DNA of 64,000 bases from the human T2T-CHM13v2.0 reference genome, Homo sapiens (GCF_009914755.1 NC_060934.1); one strand, 5' to 3'; positions 47,781-59,677 are shown, counted from the first letter of the stretch. Made by a program: numbers and translations. Notes: generated by a model from the letters alone, not told the origin.

Positions 47781-50770
47781 AGTAATAATATAAGTAATAA
47801 TGGACCCCCATTTGGGTCCCCAGAAATGACTCCTTCTCAGGCCATCAAACCCAAACTCCATATTTACAGTGGCTCTCAACTATTTGCTCTGTCCCAGCTC
47901 CCTGGAGGGCTATGACACTGTCATAGCAGTCTCACTGGCTCAGGGCAGTGATTCTCAATCTGGGGCCCACTCTTTCTAGCTCAAGTTGGCTTCCTACCCC
48001 GGGTAATTTGGACACTGCCTCCTGTCCCCACAAGGGCACTTGCTCATCACTCCTGTCCCCCACTGAGATTTATTGCTTTGGGTGGTAAGTCTTCAGCAGG
48101 GTGTGCACACCTGCAGCTCTCAAGGAGTTTTGTCAAAATACACATGCTGCATCCCACCTTGGACCTGGTGAATAATTTCCCTGGTGGGGCATTGGTAAGT
48201 GTATTTTGTCTTCCTAGGAAATGCTGATCTATAGGCCTGGTTGAGAATTATTATATTTGTGGATATCTTTCTGCTCAGCAATGTCTCACTCAGCTTGCAC
48301 AGCATGAAATCTTCTAGCAAAAATTAATGGTGTCCACATAGCTTTTCAAAGCTCAGAGATACTGACCCTGTGTGACAAACTGAGGAGGCAGAACCTTTGG
48401 TGATAAGGAACATGTGACAGGAATAAGAACTCTGTGTATAAAGGGGCCATGTATATCACCCTACACATGGTGCATACATCATGGTACTTAATAAAATGCA
48501 GCACTTGTTATTATTGGTATTCGTTGTGTATTGGCCTCAGGGTTCCTGGCTCTGAAAAGACCTGTTCCCATTTTAGGAGAAAAGACTCCAAATCAGGGAA
48601 TTAAGAAACCACCTGGCTGTTTGGGAAGCATTTAGAAAATATGACAAGAGGTGTCATACACAGGCTAGCAGCAGAAATTTCAAGAAAGATAATTACTGTA
48701 AACTTTGTTTTTATTTCCCCTTTTGATTCTGAAATTAGGAAGAAGAGCAGTGTGTTGGAAGCTGGGGTGCAGATGGTAAGTGATGGTCTCCTAAGACTCA
48801 GTTCCCGAGTTCTACAAACAGCAACACAGCAAACCCCAGATTGCCACGGGCTCTGATTTTTGTCTCTTAGTATTCATACTTGAAGTGTGGGGTTCCTAGT
48901 TGCTGTGCAAAAATGACTGTAGCCATGTTTCCAACTGAGCCTACTGGCGATGTCCAAAGCCCCTGCCAAGAGCCTCAGAGCAGAGACTTTAGTAGAAGAT
49001 GGAAAATGAGTGACTCAACAGAGCGAGGAAATTGTCTTCTCAGCTTCCTTTAGATTGTCCAGAAAGGGAGATTAGAAAGGCTCCTCAGAACTAACACTGG
49101 AAAGGGAGTTTATACCATTAGGGCAAAGATTGGGAGACAAAGGTACTGAAGTCAAATGAGACTTCTGTGAAATACTTTGGAAAGTACAGATTTTGAGACT
49201 ACATGAACAGCAGCAGCACCAATAACTGTATCACTGGTGCGGGCTATAGACATCAGCTGGGAATGAAGGTGATTCTCAGGGCCCTTAATTTAGCCATCAG
49301 CCCCCAGCCAGACCTAAGCCTGCAGCTGGCTGCACAGAGAGGCAGCCTGTTCCATCCTTGGAATTCCAACTTAGGTGACTGCACAAGGCATTTTGGTTTA
49401 GTGGTTCCTTAAATAAGACGACATTCCTTTAAGTCTAATCTCTCTCCTGCTGAAATTTCCTACCCTCTTGGGTTTTACCATTAAACTGCTTGCTCTCATC
49501 TGAAAAGTGCAGCTAGCAGGGTGCAAGCTAGTGCTCTAGTGACCGTTAAAATCTATCCTAGGACAGCTAGCACGCACGGAAAAACTTGCCATTCGCCGCA
49601 CACCCACTCCCCCCCGCCCCCACCGCTATTCTTATCAGAGAGAACATGGAAAATATTCTACTCCCTCTTCCCCTTAATGAAGGATGCTGTGTGTACATCT
49701 GAATGGGGGTGGGATGCGGGGCGGGAGTGGAGTCTAGCTTTCGGTCCTCAACAAAAACATAATGATTCCCAGCAAGCCAGAGCTGTGCAACCAAGGAGGC
49801 AGGATCCTGGCCTCTCTCGGATCTGCAGGAAGGGTGGGCTGTGCGGGTCCAGAGTGGGATGCCCGTTCTGGCCGGCGGTGCCTGCTGAGCCCTTCCTGAT
49901 GTGACTTTATTAGACAAACCCCCACTCCCGCCAGGGGTAGACACACGAGTATCTGCTTTAGGAAGATTTCTGCAACACGGCAGGGTGCAATTCAAACTCT
50001 GGGTTCTCCTTTCCTGAGCTTAGAAACCAATTTGTTCGGAGATAGGAGAAGGCTCTGTTGGCAGAAGACCTAAGAGACGGGAGGAGGCGCCTGGCGTCAG
50101 CGGGTCGCTTCTCAGCCGTGACCACGAGCGGCCAGCAGGTGTCAGTGCGTCCTCGCTTTGCCCTGGCGCTCGGCTCCTGGACCCCTCCCCACCTCGGTCT
50201 AAGGGGGCGCGGTCCAGACCCCGGGTCTTGCGTTTCCCGCAGACAGCATCGCGGCTGGGAGGACACGTAGCCGCTTCTTCCCTAAGCGGAGGTCTGAACT
50301 CCGGCTTGTACCACTTCCCCGTGGGTGCTGTCCATTCCGCCCCAGGGGTTCCATCCGAAGCCGCGCCTTCCTCCCTCTCCAGGACCCCTTTCTCCCCAGC
50401 CTCCAGGAGCACCTGCGGACCGCGTCGGCTCTGGCCCGGAGCTGGGCTGCTCCAGACGTAACTCACACCGGAGGTTACTTCCCTCGATTTGGGCGGGGAT
50501 TCCCTTCCATTTTTTTCTTCCCTTTTCTCCCAAGATCCAGCTTCTTGGGGGCACTCACGGGTGCCCGTTGCGTTCTGCTCCGTCGGCCCCGAGCTGCATG
50601 GCCAACTCCCAGCAGGGGCCGCTCCTCCCCTACCCCCCACCCCCGGGCTCCCTCTTTAAGTCTCTAGCTCAAGGTACCCGCCTCTCCAAAGGGCTCGTCC
50701 CGCCTGAGGGCAACGCTCCCCGAGGTCCAGCGCTAGGCGCGGGCGCTAGACTGGCGGAGGGGTGGTGCGA

Positions 50771-50880
50771 GGGGCGGGGGAGGGTCGGCTTCCCACGTGG
50801 GGGCTGACGCCGGCTGCTCAGCAACGCTTGCTTGATCCTGGGGCTATAAAACGAGTCCACCGTGAGCGCAGCGGAGCAGC
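50771..50880 (+). promoter_or_regulatory. ADRA2A: ADRA2A core promoter: GC box 50771-50779, E-box CACGTG 50794-50799, half-CRE TGACG 50805-50809, TATAAAA 50845-50851, TSS expected ~50875-50880
   Basis: Motifs read directly; the TATA lies ~30 bp upstream of cagcagcagctccagctcgg, which I recall as the reference mRNA 5' end. Confidence 0.8.
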
Positions 50881-51841
50881 AGCAGCTCCAGCTCGGTGCA
50901 GAAGCCCAGCAGCCGGCGTGCCGCCGCCCGGCCACTCCAGCGCCTTCTTCCCCGCCTTGCGCTCCTGCCCCAACTCGCGCTGTCGTCGGACCCCGGCCCA
51001 TCCAGCAGCGCTCGGCGCCCACCAGGCGGACGCCCAGGAGAACCCCTGCCTCCGTCGCGGCTCCTGGAGAGCTGATCGTTCACCTGCCCCGGCCCGCCTG
51101 AGGACGGGGGTGCCTTCATGCGGCCCCCACACTCCTCACCCCGCCGCCGCCGCCGTCCCCGAGCTCCGCACAGTGCGCCCCAGCCCCAGCAGGGCGCACA
51201 ACTTTGGAAGTCTCGCGGCGCTCCGAGAGGCGGCAGAGTCCGCGCCCCAGCCCCGGGCCGGGCCGGGCCAGAACCGCAGCGTCTGGGGGAAGCCAGAGAG
51301 TCGGTAATCGCTTCGGGGATGTAAGGCGACAGACATAGGACCCCCGAGCTCGCATCAGCACCCTTCGGCTGCCTCCCGGGGTGGGGGCGGGCCCCGCACA
51401 CGGTAAGACCTCTTGCTTTCGCTCAGGCTCAAGATTCAAGATACAGATATTGATATGTATATATATATTTAATTTCCTGTCATCCTTCCAAGTTATCAGG
51501 CCACCGATGATTTTTGTTCTCCCTTCTTGAAGAATAAATCTCTCTTTACCCATCGGCTCTCCCTACTCTCTCCCGCCGCTTAGAAATAAAACTTGGCTGT
51601 ATTAGGAGCTCGGAGCAAGAAGGCGCCCACCGAGAGCGTCTGAAGCGCGAGCCAGGCGCAGTTCGCGGGACCCGGGCCATGGGCCGCTAGCGGTCCTCCA
51701 GTTCGGGCCCGGCCTCCCTGCGGCCCCCTCCCTATGTGAGCCGCAGCCAGGCGAGCGGGGCGCCGGAGGAAGAGGAGGACCCACGGGCGCCGGGCCGGAA
51801 GGCAGCTGGCAGCAGGCCCAGGCCAGCGGGCGCCCGCGTTC

Positions 51842-53239
51842 ATGTTCCGCCAGGAGCAGCCGTTGGCCGAGGGCAGCTTTGCGCCCATGGGCTCCCTGCA
51901 GCCGGACGCGGGCAACGCGAGCTGGAACGGGACCGAGGCGCCGGGGGGCGGCGCCCGGGCCACCCCTTACTCCCTGCAGGTGACGCTGACGCTGGTGTGC
52001 CTGGCCGGCCTGCTCATGCTGCTCACCGTGTTCGGCAACGTGCTCGTCATCATCGCCGTGTTCACGAGCCGCGCGCTCAAGGCGCCCCAAAACCTCTTCC
52101 TGGTGTCTCTGGCCTCGGCCGACATCCTGGTGGCCACGCTCGTCATCCCTTTCTCGCTGGCCAACGAGGTCATGGGCTACTGGTACTTCGGCAAGGCTTG
52201 GTGCGAGATCTACCTGGCGCTCGACGTGCTCTTCTGCACGTCGTCCATCGTGCACCTGTGCGCCATCAGCCTGGACCGCTACTGGTCCATCACACAGGCC
52301 ATCGAGTACAACCTGAAGCGCACGCCGCGCCGCATCAAGGCCATCATCATCACCGTGTGGGTCATCTCGGCCGTCATCTCCTTCCCGCCGCTCATCTCCA
52401 TCGAGAAGAAGGGCGGCGGCGGCGGCCCGCAGCCGGCCGAGCCGCGCTGCGAGATCAACGACCAGAAGTGGTACGTCATCTCGTCGTGCATCGGCTCCTT
52501 CTTCGCTCCCTGCCTCATCATGATCCTGGTCTACGTGCGCATCTACCAGATCGCCAAGCGTCGCACCCGCGTGCCACCCAGCCGCCGGGGTCCGGACGCC
52601 GTCGCCGCGCCGCCGGGGGGCACCGAGCGCAGGCCCAACGGTCTGGGCCCCGAGCGCAGCGCGGGCCCGGGGGGCGCAGAGGCCGAACCGCTGCCCACCC
52701 AGCTCAACGGCGCCCCTGGCGAGCCCGCGCCGGCCGGGCCGCGCGACACCGACGCGCTGGACCTGGAGGAGAGCTCGTCTTCCGACCACGCCGAGCGGCC
52801 TCCAGGGCCCCGCAGACCCGAGCGCGGTCCCCGGGGCAAAGGCAAGGCCCGAGCGAGCCAGGTGAAGCCGGGCGACAGCCTGCCGCGGCGCGGGCCGGGG
52901 GCGACGGGGATCGGGACGCCGGCTGCAGGGCCGGGGGAGGAGCGCGTCGGGGCTGCCAAGGCGTCGCGCTGGCGCGGGCGGCAGAACCGCGAGAAGCGCT
53001 TCACGTTCGTGCTGGCCGTGGTCATCGGAGTGTTCGTGGTGTGCTGGTTCCCCTTCTTCTTCACCTACACGCTCACGGCCGTCGGGTGCTCCGTGCCACG
53101 CACGCTCTTCAAATTCTTCTTCTGGTTCGGCTACTGCAACAGCTCGTTGAACCCGGTCATCTACACCATCTTCAACCACGATTTCCGCCGCGCCTTCAAG
53201 AAGATCCTCTGTCGGGGGGACAGGAAGCGGATCGTGTGA
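51842..53239 (+). CDS. ADRA2A: Alpha-2A adrenergic receptor, 465 aa (450-aa form from the second ATG at 51887); single-exon CDS
   Basis: 7TM aminergic GPCR: [21 protein letters not shown]3 Asp (LDVLFC), DRY, long Gly/Pro-rich ICL3 with EESSSS GRK site, CWFPFF, NPVIY, C-terminus [12 protein letters not shown]. Confidence 0.99.
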   Translation: MFRQEQPLAEGSFAPMGSLQPDAGNASWNGTEAPGGGARATPYSLQVTLTLVCLAGLLMLLTVFGNVLVIIAVFTSRALKAPQNLFLVSLASADILVATLVIPFSLANEVMGYWYFGKAWCEIYLALDVLFCTSSIVHLCAISLDRYWSITQAIEYNLKRTPRRIKAIIITVWVISAVISFPPLISIEKKGGGGGPQPAEPRCEINDQKWYVISSCIGSFFAPCLIMILVYVRIYQIAKRRTRVPPSRRGPDAVAAPPGGTERRPNGLGPERSAGPGGAEAEPLPTQLNGAPGEPAPAGPRDTDALDLEESSSSDHAERPPGPRRPERGPRGKGKARASQVKPGDSLPRRGPGATGIGTPAAGPGEERVGAAKASRWRGRQNREKRFTFVLAVVIGVFVVCWFPFFFTYTLTAVGCSVPRTLFKFFFWFGYCNSSLNPVIYTIFNHDFRRAFKKILCRGDRKRIV

Positions 53240-54607
53240 GGTTTCCGCTGGCGCCCGCGTAGACTCACGCTGACTGCAGGCAGCGGGGGGCATCGAGGGG
53301 TGCTTAGCCCCAGGGCACTCAGAAACCCGGGCGCTGCCTGCTCTGCGTTTCCTCGTCTGGGGTGGCTCTGCAGCCTCCTGCGGGCGGGCGTCTGCTGCTC
53401 CTACAAGGGAAGCTTCTTGCTGCCAGGCCCACACATCCCCAGTTGTTGGTTTGGCCACTCTTGACCTGGAGCCATCTTCCTAGTGGGCCACCCCTAATCA
53501 CTATTGCTTCCTAAAGGTATTTTCACCCTCTTCGCCTGGTACAGCCCTCACAGCTCTTCAGAGCAAGCACTGGACTACAAGGGCATGGCTCACAAAAGGT
53601 TAATGGATGGGGGTTACCTAGCCCTGGCTAATTCCCCTTCCATTCCCAACTCTCTCTCTCTTTTTGAAGAAAAATGCTAAGGGCAGCCCTGCCTGCCCTC
53701 CCCATCCCCCGCTGTAAATATACACTATTTTTGATAGCACACATGGGGCCCCCATATCTCTTGGCCTTGGTTTTGATGTTGAAATCCTGGCCTTGGGAGA
53801 GATGCCTTCCAGGCAGACACAGCTGTCTGGTTCAGGCCAAGCCCCTTTGCAATGCAAGCCCTTTCTGGTGTTATGAAGTCCCTCTATGTCGTCGTTTTCA
53901 CCAGCAACTGGTGACTGTCCCTTCGACACGGACCTGCTTTGAGATTTCCTGACAGGGAAAAGATTTCTGTCCATTTTTTTCCTGTGCCTAACAGCATAAT
54001 TGCCTTTTCCTATGTAAATATTATGATGGTGGATCAAGACATAAGTAAATGAGCCTTTCTGCCTCACATCAGCCCTGTGTATAAAGCCATTATTCTCTGA
54101 TGCACTGTTTGCCCCAGTAACTCACTTTAAAACCTCTCTTTCCAGTGTTCCCTCTCTCCCTCCAGGGCCACTGCTTGAAGAAGAATATGTATGTTTCTAT
54201 CTTGTATGTCTGTGTGCCCCTCCTGCCCCGAAAGTGCTGACTATGGGGAAATCTTTTAGCTGCTGTTTTTAGACTCCAAGGAGTGGAAATTATGTGGAAG
54301 AAGCAAACCTGATACAATTTGCCCAAGGTAAACAGTTTGAAAAGACAAATGGGCCTGCCAAACTGTACAGTTTCTTCCCCAAGAGCTGTTAGGTATCAAA
54401 ATGTTGTCCTTTCCCCCCTCCGTGCTTTTCTGGTTGAGATCATGTCATTGATGAACTGCCAAAGTCAGGGGAGGAGGGCAGAGACTTTGTGTTTACATCT
54501 GCATTTCTACATGTTTTAGACAGAGACAATTTAAGGCCTGCACTCTTATTTCACTAAAGAAAAACTAATGTCAGCACATGTTGCTAATGACAGTGGATTT
54601 TTTTTTA

Positions 54608-54734
54608 AATAAAAAAGTTTACAGATCAAATGTGAAATAAATATGAATGGAGTGGTCCTCTTGTCTGTTATCTGAGTTTTCAAAAGCTTTAAGACTCTGG
54701 GAACATCTGATTTTATGGATTTTTTAAAAATAAA
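54608..54734 (+). terminator. ADRA2A: ADRA2A polyadenylation signals (AATAAA at 54608, 54636 and 54729)
   Basis: Three AATAAA hexamers ~1.4-1.5 kb after the stop; GU/U-rich ttgtctgtt follows the second. Confidence 0.8.
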
Positions 54735-54779
54735 AAATGTACATTATAAAAATTTTTTAAACGTTCCATCAGTAACAAA

Positions 54780-55012
54780 GCTACCATTTACTAAGTGTTT
54801 CTGACATGCTAGACACTGTGGTGAACTGGTTGTAGGCATTGCCTCGTTTACTTTTCTCAAGAACGCTATGAGGTAAGTTTTATTACTATCCCCATTTTAC
54901 AGGTGAAGAAACTGAGTCTCAGAGCAAGTTTGTTAACCTTGCTCAAGGTTAACAAGTGGTGGAAATGCATCGTACCCAGCTTTATCTGGTTCTAGGGCCT
55001 GCACTCTTAACC
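54780..55012 (-). mobile_element. MIR
   Basis: tattactatccccattttacaggtgaagaaactgagtctcagag...cttgctcaaggtt. Confidence 0.8.
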
Positions 55013-55069
55013 CCAGAACCTTTCCAGAGTTTTGGCATTAGCCCTTCTCAGAACACTCCCAGTGGAGAG

Positions 55070-55320
55070 GTGTCTATGCAGTGTGCTATCTATACCAGGT
55101 GTGAGATATATCCCAGTATTTAATATACACAAGGTGTATACATACCCCAGTGTCTACATGACCTAATGTGTCTATATACCTCAAAGTGTGTATCTACTCC
55201 AAAGTGTGGTATATGCACCAAGTGTGGAATATACTCCAAAATGTATATCACACCTTAAAGCATGATAATATATGACATGTAGCATATACTCCATAGTGTG
55301 GTTATGCACTAAGTATGGTC
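55070..55320. repeat. Degenerate ~18-20-bp minisatellite (gtgtg-tatatac-yccaa-like units)
   Basis: Repeated units such as gtgtgtatctactccaaa, gtgtggtatatgcaccaa, gtgtggaatatactccaaaa. Confidence 0.6.
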
Positions 55321-58300
55321 TAAAACCTGAATAGAACCATGTATTAGTTGGTGGTTTGAGTTGTCTCTGGCCAGAAGGCATGCATCCTTCTTGTTGCATT
55401 GCTATAATATCAAAGTCTGCTCTGCTGTCTAGGAGGGCTTATGGCCCTCATACTATGGTAATGGCACTTTGAAGCTGGAAGGGGCCTTAGTGATCCAGGA
55501 GTCCAACCCCTCATCTGACAGATGAGAAGGCAAATGCAGATGCAAGAGGAAGCGACTTGCTCAGGATCCCAAGGCGCTAGGTGACAGGGCTCTGGCTCCA
55601 GGCTGCCCGGGTTAGGGCGCAGCTGAGAGATGTGTAGTAGTAGTTCTGTGTGTGTAGTCAGATGCAGTACTGATGAATAGCCACTTATGGAGGAGGGGGG
55701 TTTGAGGGGCAAACACAAGCGTCAGGTTGTGGTTTTGGGGGAGGCCAGCTTTTGTGAGCCCAGTCACCTGTAATATGTGCGGACCAGCTTTGGACACCCC
55801 CCAGAAGCAGGTCCTCTGCACCCTCTGGGCCATACATGCAGCATCTCCTCATCTTCCTTTGCTTCTCTCGTGCAGGAGAGGGTGTCTGTGTATGCAGCAG
55901 TGGGAGGGTAGAGAGCCCTGAGAAATGATCTGGGCACTGAGGGGCCTGGGAGAGGGAAGACCATGGCTCTGAGGGGGTGAGGAGTTCCTGCCGTCACCTG
56001 GATCCTCTGAGCCGGCACACAGGAGGATGGCCAGGTGCTGGGCTCCAGTGACCCTGGCTCAGAGGCTTCAGAAAACAGCCTCCTGGCCTGTGGTGCCACG
56101 GCTGGCTCCCTGGTCTGGTTCTGTGGCCTGCTCCCCATCCCACCCTCACCCCAGCCTCTCCTCTCCCTCCTCACTCCAGTGTACCCATTGCCCCAAAGGC
56201 AAACAGTGCCAGACAACAGCCTGCCTGGCAAGCCCCCAGGACCCAGGCTGTGTGTCCCAGCCACAGGAGCAGATACAAATACTGCTTGCTGTTGACTCTC
56301 AGCTCTGTCCTGTCTGTCAGGGAAGTGTTTGCCTTGCCTCCACCCGCCGAGGGGGAAGAAGCATGGGCTGAGGTGCTACACGGAGGGGCCTCTGGTGTCA
56401 TGCTCCCTCCTCCTCGATACAGAAGCAGAGAAACCTCAGAGGTGGATGGAGGTTGCAGAAAGTGGGGGAGAGAGGGCTGGAGCCCAGGCATGGGTGGGTT
56501 TCTGAGTTCACAGTAGGAATCACTGTTTATTCATTTGCAAAGGGCTCAAGCAACAGTCTGCCAAGGTGTGGGGTGGGGAGGGAAATTAAGGTGAAATGGC
56601 TCCCACAGGGATCTTGGCTTAAAGAGCTAACCCCACATTTTCCTGTGCATAGTATCTGTTCCCGAGTATCTGGGCCAAGAGGGTCTGTCTTCGTGGCCGA
56701 ATCTCCTGTTTTATGTAACTTTGGTTGGGATATTGAAAGCCATTGGCTTTTGGGTCTGAAGTGTGTCTTGCTAGATTTACTCGTGCAAGTGTGCTGGGTT
56801 GGGGGAAGGGTAGTGCCTTCATTTGAGCCTGGGCACAAGCACAGTCTCCTCCTCCCCAAGGCTTTGTTCAATTTCTTCTATGCTAAAAGGCTGGGGGAGA
56901 GAATGATGAAAACGTGGCTTGGGCTTTCCCCTGTCTATGACTGTATAATCAAATCAGAGATTTAGAGCCAGAAGCATCCTCATCAATCCTTAACTCTTAC
57001 CTTGTAGTGGCAGATCAAGGGACCTGAGACCTAGAAAAGCTGTTGGTTATGTAGCATTCCAGGAGCCCCTGAGCCCACTCTTCCATGTGACTCTCCGTCT
57101 GATGCCATATGCACCCAACATGAATTCTATTTTGTTTTGGGATGTGGTGAGTTGCTAATCAACCCCAGAGGATCCACTGTGCCTGCTTTGTGTCAAGGAC
57201 CATCCTAGGCATTGCAAGGCAGTTCTCTTCCTTCCCTGCATGCACTGTGCAAAGCTCACCACTTGTCCCTGTGGAGTGAGATTAGGGCCTGCCTCTGCCC
57301 TCTGGAAGCTTTGGAGCTACATGGGGAGACAGGATGTTCCTGTGAAAAGCACTCATTAGCCACACACAGTGACAGTGTGGCAGTGGGGGAGAGGATGCTG
57401 TGTGCCCACCAAGGGTAATAGGCATCTGTACTGTGAGTGAGCAGTGGGGGAGAGGTGGCTGTGGCTGGGAGCTCAGGGCATAGAATGTGGGAGTTGGGAT
57501 GTCCACACTCTGAGAAGGCTAGGCCCGCGAAGGAAGCTCTGGTTCTAGCAGCTGAGTCCTGTGGGACCAGTGCCAGGCCTGGGCAGTGGCACCTAGGCCC
57601 AAGTCAGACCTCAGCTTTCATCCAACCTCATCTTGGGGATGGCATGACAAGGTCCTGTCCCCATTTGGGGACACCTGTAAGGAAGTCTACGTCCTTGACT
57701 CAGTAGCATAATAGGATCCAGGTACCGAGGTCCAGAGCCCAGTGCCAGGTTAGCCCTTTGGCCTCTGCCCTGGGCCCTGCCACCCCTCACAGTGGGCCTG
57801 AGAGTCCAGGGTGCAGGAAGGGGCACCTTCCTTAGCAGAGGGCACGCGCGAAAGGGAGGCCACGTCAAGTCACGGAGCAAAATCACTAACACTCAGATTT
57901 GTTTTGGAAATAGCATTGATCTATTTGATTACCAGAAATCCTGGGGCTTAGAGTTAGTTAAATACAAAAAAAATAGAACAGGGTCTGTTGGAAATAGCCT
58001 AGACTGAGGATTAGGAGGCCTGCGTTCTAGGCCCAGTTTTGTCTTTTACCAGCGATGTGGTCTTGAGCAAATCCCTCTCTGAGTCCCTGCTTCTTCATTT
58101 ATGAAATGCAAGTGGTTGGTCTAATATTATTTAACAGTGTGTTCTGTGCAGTTAATTCAACTACAAAATCTATATTATCTACATTATCTATTGACATTAT
58201 CATTCTATCTGTCTCTACTGTCTGTCACCTACGTATCATCTCTTCCCTGTCTGCCACCTATCTGGTGAAATGCTGGGGTAAGCAGTCTTTAATAGGTACA

Positions 58301-59318
58301 TCTCCTTCAGGATCTCTCAGAGCCTTTAATGTGCCTATGTGGTTTCCGATTGTCTGAGAGAGGATGACGTGGTGTGCTGTTTCCCAAACTCCCTGGACTG
58401 TGGAATTTCATTTTTTTTTTTTTTTTTAACAGAGCATCTCAGAGACTCATGTTTGCTGGAACTCTTGTTGGGTAATACTGGGTTAAGGGATCTCACGGGG
58501 CTTTTCTGATGATCCATTTTATAATTCTATGAAATGCCGGTCTGCTCTCTCCTTCTGTCCAGGCCATGGGTGAGGCACACTGGACAGGGCCAAGCCATGT
58601 GCTCTCTGTAGGGAGATCTGGCGCTAACGGCCATTGGCCTTATTGAGGCTGGGGTAGAAGTGAGGGTTTGGTGTGTTTTCCAAACATAGGCTAAGCCTAT
58701 GTGTATGTGTGTGTAACATGTGAGCGTGTATGGGTGTGTGAGTGTGTATGTATCTCTGTGTGCGTGTAAACAGGCACCAATGGACACTGAGGACCACTTT
58801 GCTCACCTGGGCCTGGCGTGGAAGCATCTGGGCAGTTGAGGGTATATGTGTACACACCAGGGGAAGAGGTCACAAAGGGAATTAAAGGGGAGTGTGGTGC
58901 GTCTCACTGGTTGTCATGTCAGTTGGCCCCTCCCTGCCTGCGAGTCTGCTCCCCCGAGGTGGAATGCCACTCCCCTTCTAGGGCAATGGAGCCAATCTAG
59001 GAGGAGGATGGGATGATGCAATGTGCGCATTCTGGGGCAGCCAACACTGCTTCTCTGGCAGGCATATTCTGTAGCCTCCAGGCTGTCCTGTTCTCTGTGG
59101 AAGGAGCAGTTTATCTGACTACAGAGAATTCTGGAGGGGATGGGAGGCAAGAGTGAGAGGCTGTTAATGTTGTCCCCAGGACTTGAGACCTCTTTAAAAT
59201 CTATACCTGAGAAAAACAAGATGGCACCCTGTGAAGGGATGAAAGAAGGGGAATTGAAAACGGACTGTTCGCAAGGTACAGGCAGGGTTAAGAGAAACTT
59301 ACAAGGGCCAGGGAAGTA

Positions 59319-59677
59319 CCCTGGGACATGCACAGTGGGAAGCTGTCAGCACCTTCAGAAGGGGCGAGGTGCTACCCACACTACTGGAACTGGGACTTCG
59401 GGGAAGGATGCCTGGCAGGCATTGCTGGCAGAGGACCCCTGCAGCCATTGCTAAGCTGGGTCTGGACAGGGAGATTGCAGAGAGAATCGGCACATTCTCC
59501 ACTCTCACTCCTGCACCCTGATCTGCTGGTGGCTGTCCTTAGGCAGAACTCAGAAAGCACAGAAGAAAGAGTAAGGGGGCGGCTCACAGGGCTCAACCTT
59601 CCAGGGCCCAGCATGGACAAGGGCAGAGACTATAGCTGGAGGTGCAAGTAGAGAATATCTACTGTAGAACCCAAAGC
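59319..59677 (+). repeat. Left arm of a 359-bp inverted duplication
   Basis: Reverse complement of 62011-62369; ~20 mismatches, no gaps in a hand alignment. Confidence 0.95.

Larger units (their letters stand above)
50060..53400. promoter_or_regulatory. ADRA2A: CpG island spanning the ADRA2A promoter, 5'UTR and CDS
   Basis: Very high GC and CpG density compared with the CpG-depleted flanks. Confidence 0.92.

Noticed and set aside
49958-51553. Cluster of 100-200-aa ORFs on both strands in the CpG island
   Set aside because: Stop-poor GC-rich sequence, mostly non-ATG starts, no domain similarity.
51736-53262. 508-aa alternative-frame ORF on the + strand
   Set aside because: It starts at GTG and has no internal Met. 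Its codons begin at the CDS third position, which is almost always G/C, so stops are rare by composition; the product is low-complexity Arg/Gly/Ala/Pro.
51602-53458. 618-aa antisense ORF over ADRA2A
   Set aside because: It is in codon register with the sense CDS. Antisense stops need sense TTA/CTA/TCA codons, which this GC3-rich gene avoids, so it is an expected shadow ORF with no recognisable domain.
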